Source: a virus. Taken from it: a stretch of 44,586 bases of DNA. The notes beneath the pieces are model-generated. The model searched no databases, was not told where the DNA came from, and saw nothing but the letters and a program-made list of their open reading frames with translations. Position numbers and translations under genes: made by a program. Positions 42,000-44,586 of this stretch are shown piece by piece. The stretch lies in IMG/VR virus record IMGVR_UViG_3300031673_000122; one strand, given 5' to 3'. Each line of letters starts with the position of its first letter. Position 1 is the stretch's first letter.

Positions 42000-43031
42000 A
42001 TGGGTACACAATATATCAACACCAAGTATACCTTGCTGGACAGGGCGAAAGAGACCTCTGACGGTAAAACCGTCCTGCCCCTAATCAAGGTGATGAATCA
42101 GCTTGTGGACGATTTCTTCAACGATATACCATTCGTTGAAGCAAACATGGGCCTGAAACACAGGCTTGTCCGTGATACGGGAATGGTAGCAAGCACAAAC
42201 CGTACATTCTACAAGGGCGTAGTTTCCTCGAAGCTCAATAAGCAGGTCATTTATGAAGATGTCATGCTCAAAGAGCGGAGACGTGAAATTGACGAAGATG
42301 AAATCGATACCCTCGCCAACCCGGGCGTAAAGTTACGCCAGGAAGACGAAGCACATGCCCGCAAACTCGGCGAAGATGTAGTCAGTTCCTTTATCAATGG
42401 TACACAAGCTGACGGCGGCGAGCACATTAACGGTTTACTCCAAAGATTGGATGCCCTGAATCCCACCGGATTAAACAATGTTCGGTCAAACGGGTATACC
42501 GGTGCTGGCTCTGTGACTACGTCAATACTTCTTGTCGAATGGAACACGGACGAAACAGGCGGAGCCTACGGCATCTATCCGCCCGGCTGGATGAAGAATA
42601 CCGCACTGGGTGTCGCGATACACGACAAGGGCAAAGAGCCTTGTCTTGAAGTTGAAACAGATGTGAACGCCAAGTATTACGCCTATGTCGCTCAGTTCAA
42701 GGCGTGGCTGGGCCTTGCTGTCGGCAATAACAGGAAGATTGGCCGTCTTGCCAATATCAACCCTACTATGAACGGGACAAATTCCTTCAGTGATGGCGCT
42801 GTTGAAAACATAATCCAGCTTATCAACGACGGCTCCTTTGATGTGTCCCGAACGAGAATGTATGTCAACAGGTCTATCGCTTCCCAGATGGACGTCTACG
42901 CCCTGAAGAAAAACAATATCCTGTGGCCGACAACGGAAATTTTCGGCAGACGGGTAAAGGTTTTCCAGGACATTCCTGTCCGCGTAATTGATACGACCGT
43001 TCTCACAAATACCCAAGCCGTTGTAGCTTAA
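42000..43031 (+). CDS. Major capsid protein
   Basis: 343 aa with strong RBS AAGGAG. It follows the scaffold gene and is preceded by a long structured leader. Confidence 0.75.
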   Translation: MGTQYINTKYTLLDRAKETSDGKTVLPLIKVMNQLVDDFFNDIPFVEANMGLKHRLVRDTGMVASTNRTFYKGVVSSKLNKQVIYEDVMLKERRREIDEDEIDTLANPGVKLRQEDEAHARKLGEDVVSSFINGTQADGGEHINGLLQRLDALNPTGLNNVRSNGYTGAGSVTTSILLVEWNTDETGGAYGIYPPGWMKNTALGVAIHDKGKEPCLEVETDVNAKYYAYVAQFKAWLGLAVGNNRKIGRLANINPTMNGTNSFSDGAVENIIQLINDGSFDVSRTRMYVNRSIASQMDVYALKKNNILWPTTEIFGRRVKVFQDIPVRVIDTTVLTNTQAVVA

Positions 43032-43067
43032 CAAGTAAAAACAAACTCTTTTTAGGGAGTAATAGTA

Positions 43068-43523
43068 ATGAGAGATTATAGTTTTAGTGATGCTCAGCCG
43101 TTAGGTGCTCTTACCAATACCGGAGTCGTCAGCACGCATGTTTTCGATATGGAACTTACTGCTTCTGGCGGTTCAACCATACTCACCAACGACCAGCTTG
43201 TCGGGGTAGTGAATATAATCATTCCCGCAAATGCCGATGCCGGTAGTGGTGGTGCGGCAGGTATGAACATTTATCTGCGGTCCTGCGACAATGCCAATAT
43301 GACGAGTTCCTGTATCGACCTCGGAAGTTGCTTTGTTTCAATGGCTGAACTGGTATCTGGATGCGTGAAGAACATCCAAGTTTGTGTCCCGCTGACACAA
43401 TGTTTCGTGGGTCTGTTCTATGACCCAGTCAGTGATACATTGACAACTGGAAGCACTGTCGATGCCTATTTCCACATTGCACCAATAACGCTAAACGATG
43501 CGATTCAGAAAGTACCGAGTTAA
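43068..43523 (+). CDS. Capsid-associated protein (decoration/cement-like; tentative)
   Basis: 151 aa, beta-rich and Cys-containing. It lies immediately after the capsid gene, with RBS AGGGAG. Confidence 0.35.
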   Translation: MRDYSFSDAQPLGALTNTGVVSTHVFDMELTASGGSTILTNDQLVGVVNIIIPANADAGSGGAAGMNIYLRSCDNANMTSSCIDLGSCFVSMAELVSGCVKNIQVCVPLTQCFVGLFYDPVSDTLTTGSTVDAYFHIAPITLNDAIQKVPS

Positions 43524-43532
43524 TGCAGTTAC

Positions 43533-43570
43533 GGGGTGGCCGGAGGCATTTTGTCCTCTCCGGCTGCCCC
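43533..43570 (+). terminator. Imperfect long GC hairpin after the capsid genes; possible terminator or attenuator with no clear T-tract
   Basis: GGGGTGGCCGGAGG-cattttgt-CCTCTCCGGCTGCCCC. Confidence 0.4.
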
Positions 43571-43606
43571 ACTATTAGAAACAATTGATTTGAAAGGTAT
43601 AAAGAA

Positions 43607-44586
43607 ATGAAAAAGTTAATTTTTCTCTTGATAATGCTGATTATGGCTACTTCGGCTTTCGGCTACACCTCGGCATTTGATATTAGATGGGGGGAGACGG
43701 ATACTTATTCCGATTTTCCGAGTAACACGCTCCGAAAGTGCCTTGAAGGTATGGAAGGCAGGTTAGGCGGTCAGATTGGCACGGGTAATATCTACTATGT
43801 CGATAGTAGTGCGACTCAAGGCGATGGTACGAGCTGGGACAAGGCTAAAATCACTCTCCAGGCGGCCATTGACCTCTGTACTGCCGATAACGGCGATGTG
43901 ATTCTTGTCGCTCAGGGACACGCCGAATCCGACTACACTGGTGGTGCTGCTATGTGGAATGCTGATTGTAACGGGATTGTGATTTGGGGTTGTGGCGAAG
44001 GCACACTTGCTCCGACATTTACATACGGTATCGCCGATGCAAATGTAATTGCAAGTGCTGACAATGTAACGATATCCAACCTTAGATTACTGGCAGGCGT
44101 AACGGAGGTGACGACAGGTATATATGTCACGGGCAATAACTTTACAATGATTGACTGCGTTGCACCTGAGCCGAATACCTCAACTTATGAATTTGACAAG
44201 TTCATCGTTACGTCAGCCGGTGCTGATGACCCTGCAATAAAAGGCTGCACAATTTACAGCAGGCTTGCAACAGGAGCTACCTCGGCAATCGACTTTGCAG
44301 ATGTCAACAGACCTGTTGTTTACGGCTGTACGATTGTCGGTGAGTATTCCTCGGCCCCTGTATGGAGCGACAATGTCAGTCTGGGTGCCTTAATCAAAGG
44401 AAACACTATCCAAAACCTTACCTCGGGCGAGTTTGCAGTCGAGTTTACAGCGGCTACAACGGGTCTGGTTGAGGATAATGTTCTGATTGCCGATACAGTG
44501 CTCAAAATCCTCGATGCAGGCTCTATGTTTGAGTCACGAAACACCCTGTCTACGACTGCCGATACAGATGGTCTGCCTAACTGGGT
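43607..44586 (+). CDS. Tailspike/depolymerase-like right-handed beta-helix protein, N-terminal part. It continues through the junction to nt 797.
   Basis: ATG 43607; I translated the frame codon by codon and it is open to the window end. The signal-like N-terminus is MKKLIFLLIMLIMATSAFG|YT. GNIYYVDSSATQGDGTSWDKAKITLQAAIDLCTADNGDVILVAQGH is a pectate-lyase-fold cap pattern. Confidence 0.75.
   Translation, partial: MKKLIFLLIMLIMATSAFGYTSAFDIRWGETDTYSDFPSNTLRKCLEGMEGRLGGQIGTGNIYYVDSSATQGDGTSWDKAKITLQAAIDLCTADNGDVILVAQGHAESDYTGGAAMWNADCNGIVIWGCGEGTLAPTFTYGIADANVIASADNVTISNLRLLAGVTEVTTGIYVTGNNFTMIDCVAPEPNTSTYEFDKFIVTSAGADDPAIKGCTIYSRLATGATSAIDFADVNRPVVYGCTIVGEYSSAPVWSDNVSLGALIKGNTIQNLTSGEFAVEFTAATTGLVEDNVLIADTVLKILDAGSMFESRNTLSTTADTDGLPNW
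44460..44586. repeat. Terminal overlap copy 2, identical to nt 1-127
   Basis: Same exact 127-nt string as the window start. Confidence 0.95.

Noticed and set aside
1-44586. Possible stop-codon recoding or a suppressor tRNA, given the odd tRNA-like gene.
   Set aside because: All large genes are uninterrupted under the standard bacterial code, with dense stop-start coupling. The tRNA-like loop offers no U33-flanked CUA, UUA or UCA anticodon.

Overview
The window is a complete tailed-phage genome. Bases 1-127 are identical to 44460-44586, so the contig closes on itself with 44,459 bp of unique sequence, and one ORF crosses the junction in frame. About 70 genes are tightly packed and nearly all lie on the + strand; only two small ORFs are on the - strand.

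Structural and packaging genes follow a podovirus (T7/phiKMV-like) order:
- terS, terL and portal (36.2-40.2 kb)
- small head genes, scaffold and major capsid protein (40.2-43.0 kb)
- a beta-helix tailspike spanning the junction (43607..797)
- a gp11-like adaptor, fibre and receptor-binding genes, and a gp12-like nozzle (0.8-8.2 kb)
- a gp13-slot small protein and three internal-virion/ejection proteins, one of them a 1696-aa giant with a ParB/Srx-like domain (8.2-15.8 kb)

I could not recognise a phage RNA polymerase, DNA polymerase, helicase/primase or integrase.

The 16.6-28.7 kb region holds a ~1-kb structured non-coding stretch with a tRNA-like gene. It also holds arrays of tiny ORFs separated by repeated motifs, an annealing-protein plus Cas4-like-nuclease recombination module, an ASCH plus DUF5131 pair, and a replication-initiator-like gene with internal iteron-like repeats.

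The 28.7-35.1 kb region is an envelope-directed accessory island: a YfhO-type GT-C glycosyltransferase, a LAB_N protein, two SAM methyltransferases, a lipoprotein and several small membrane proteins.

The points most worth follow-up are:
1. the glycan-modification island
2. Sec-type signal-like N-termini on six tail-module proteins, including the nozzle homologue
3. a cloverleaf tRNA-like element whose anticodon loop is 30 nt long
4. the ParB-domain giant virion protein
5. repeated junction motifs that suggest cassette shuffling

All functional calls come from reading the translations and recalling family motifs. No database search was run.
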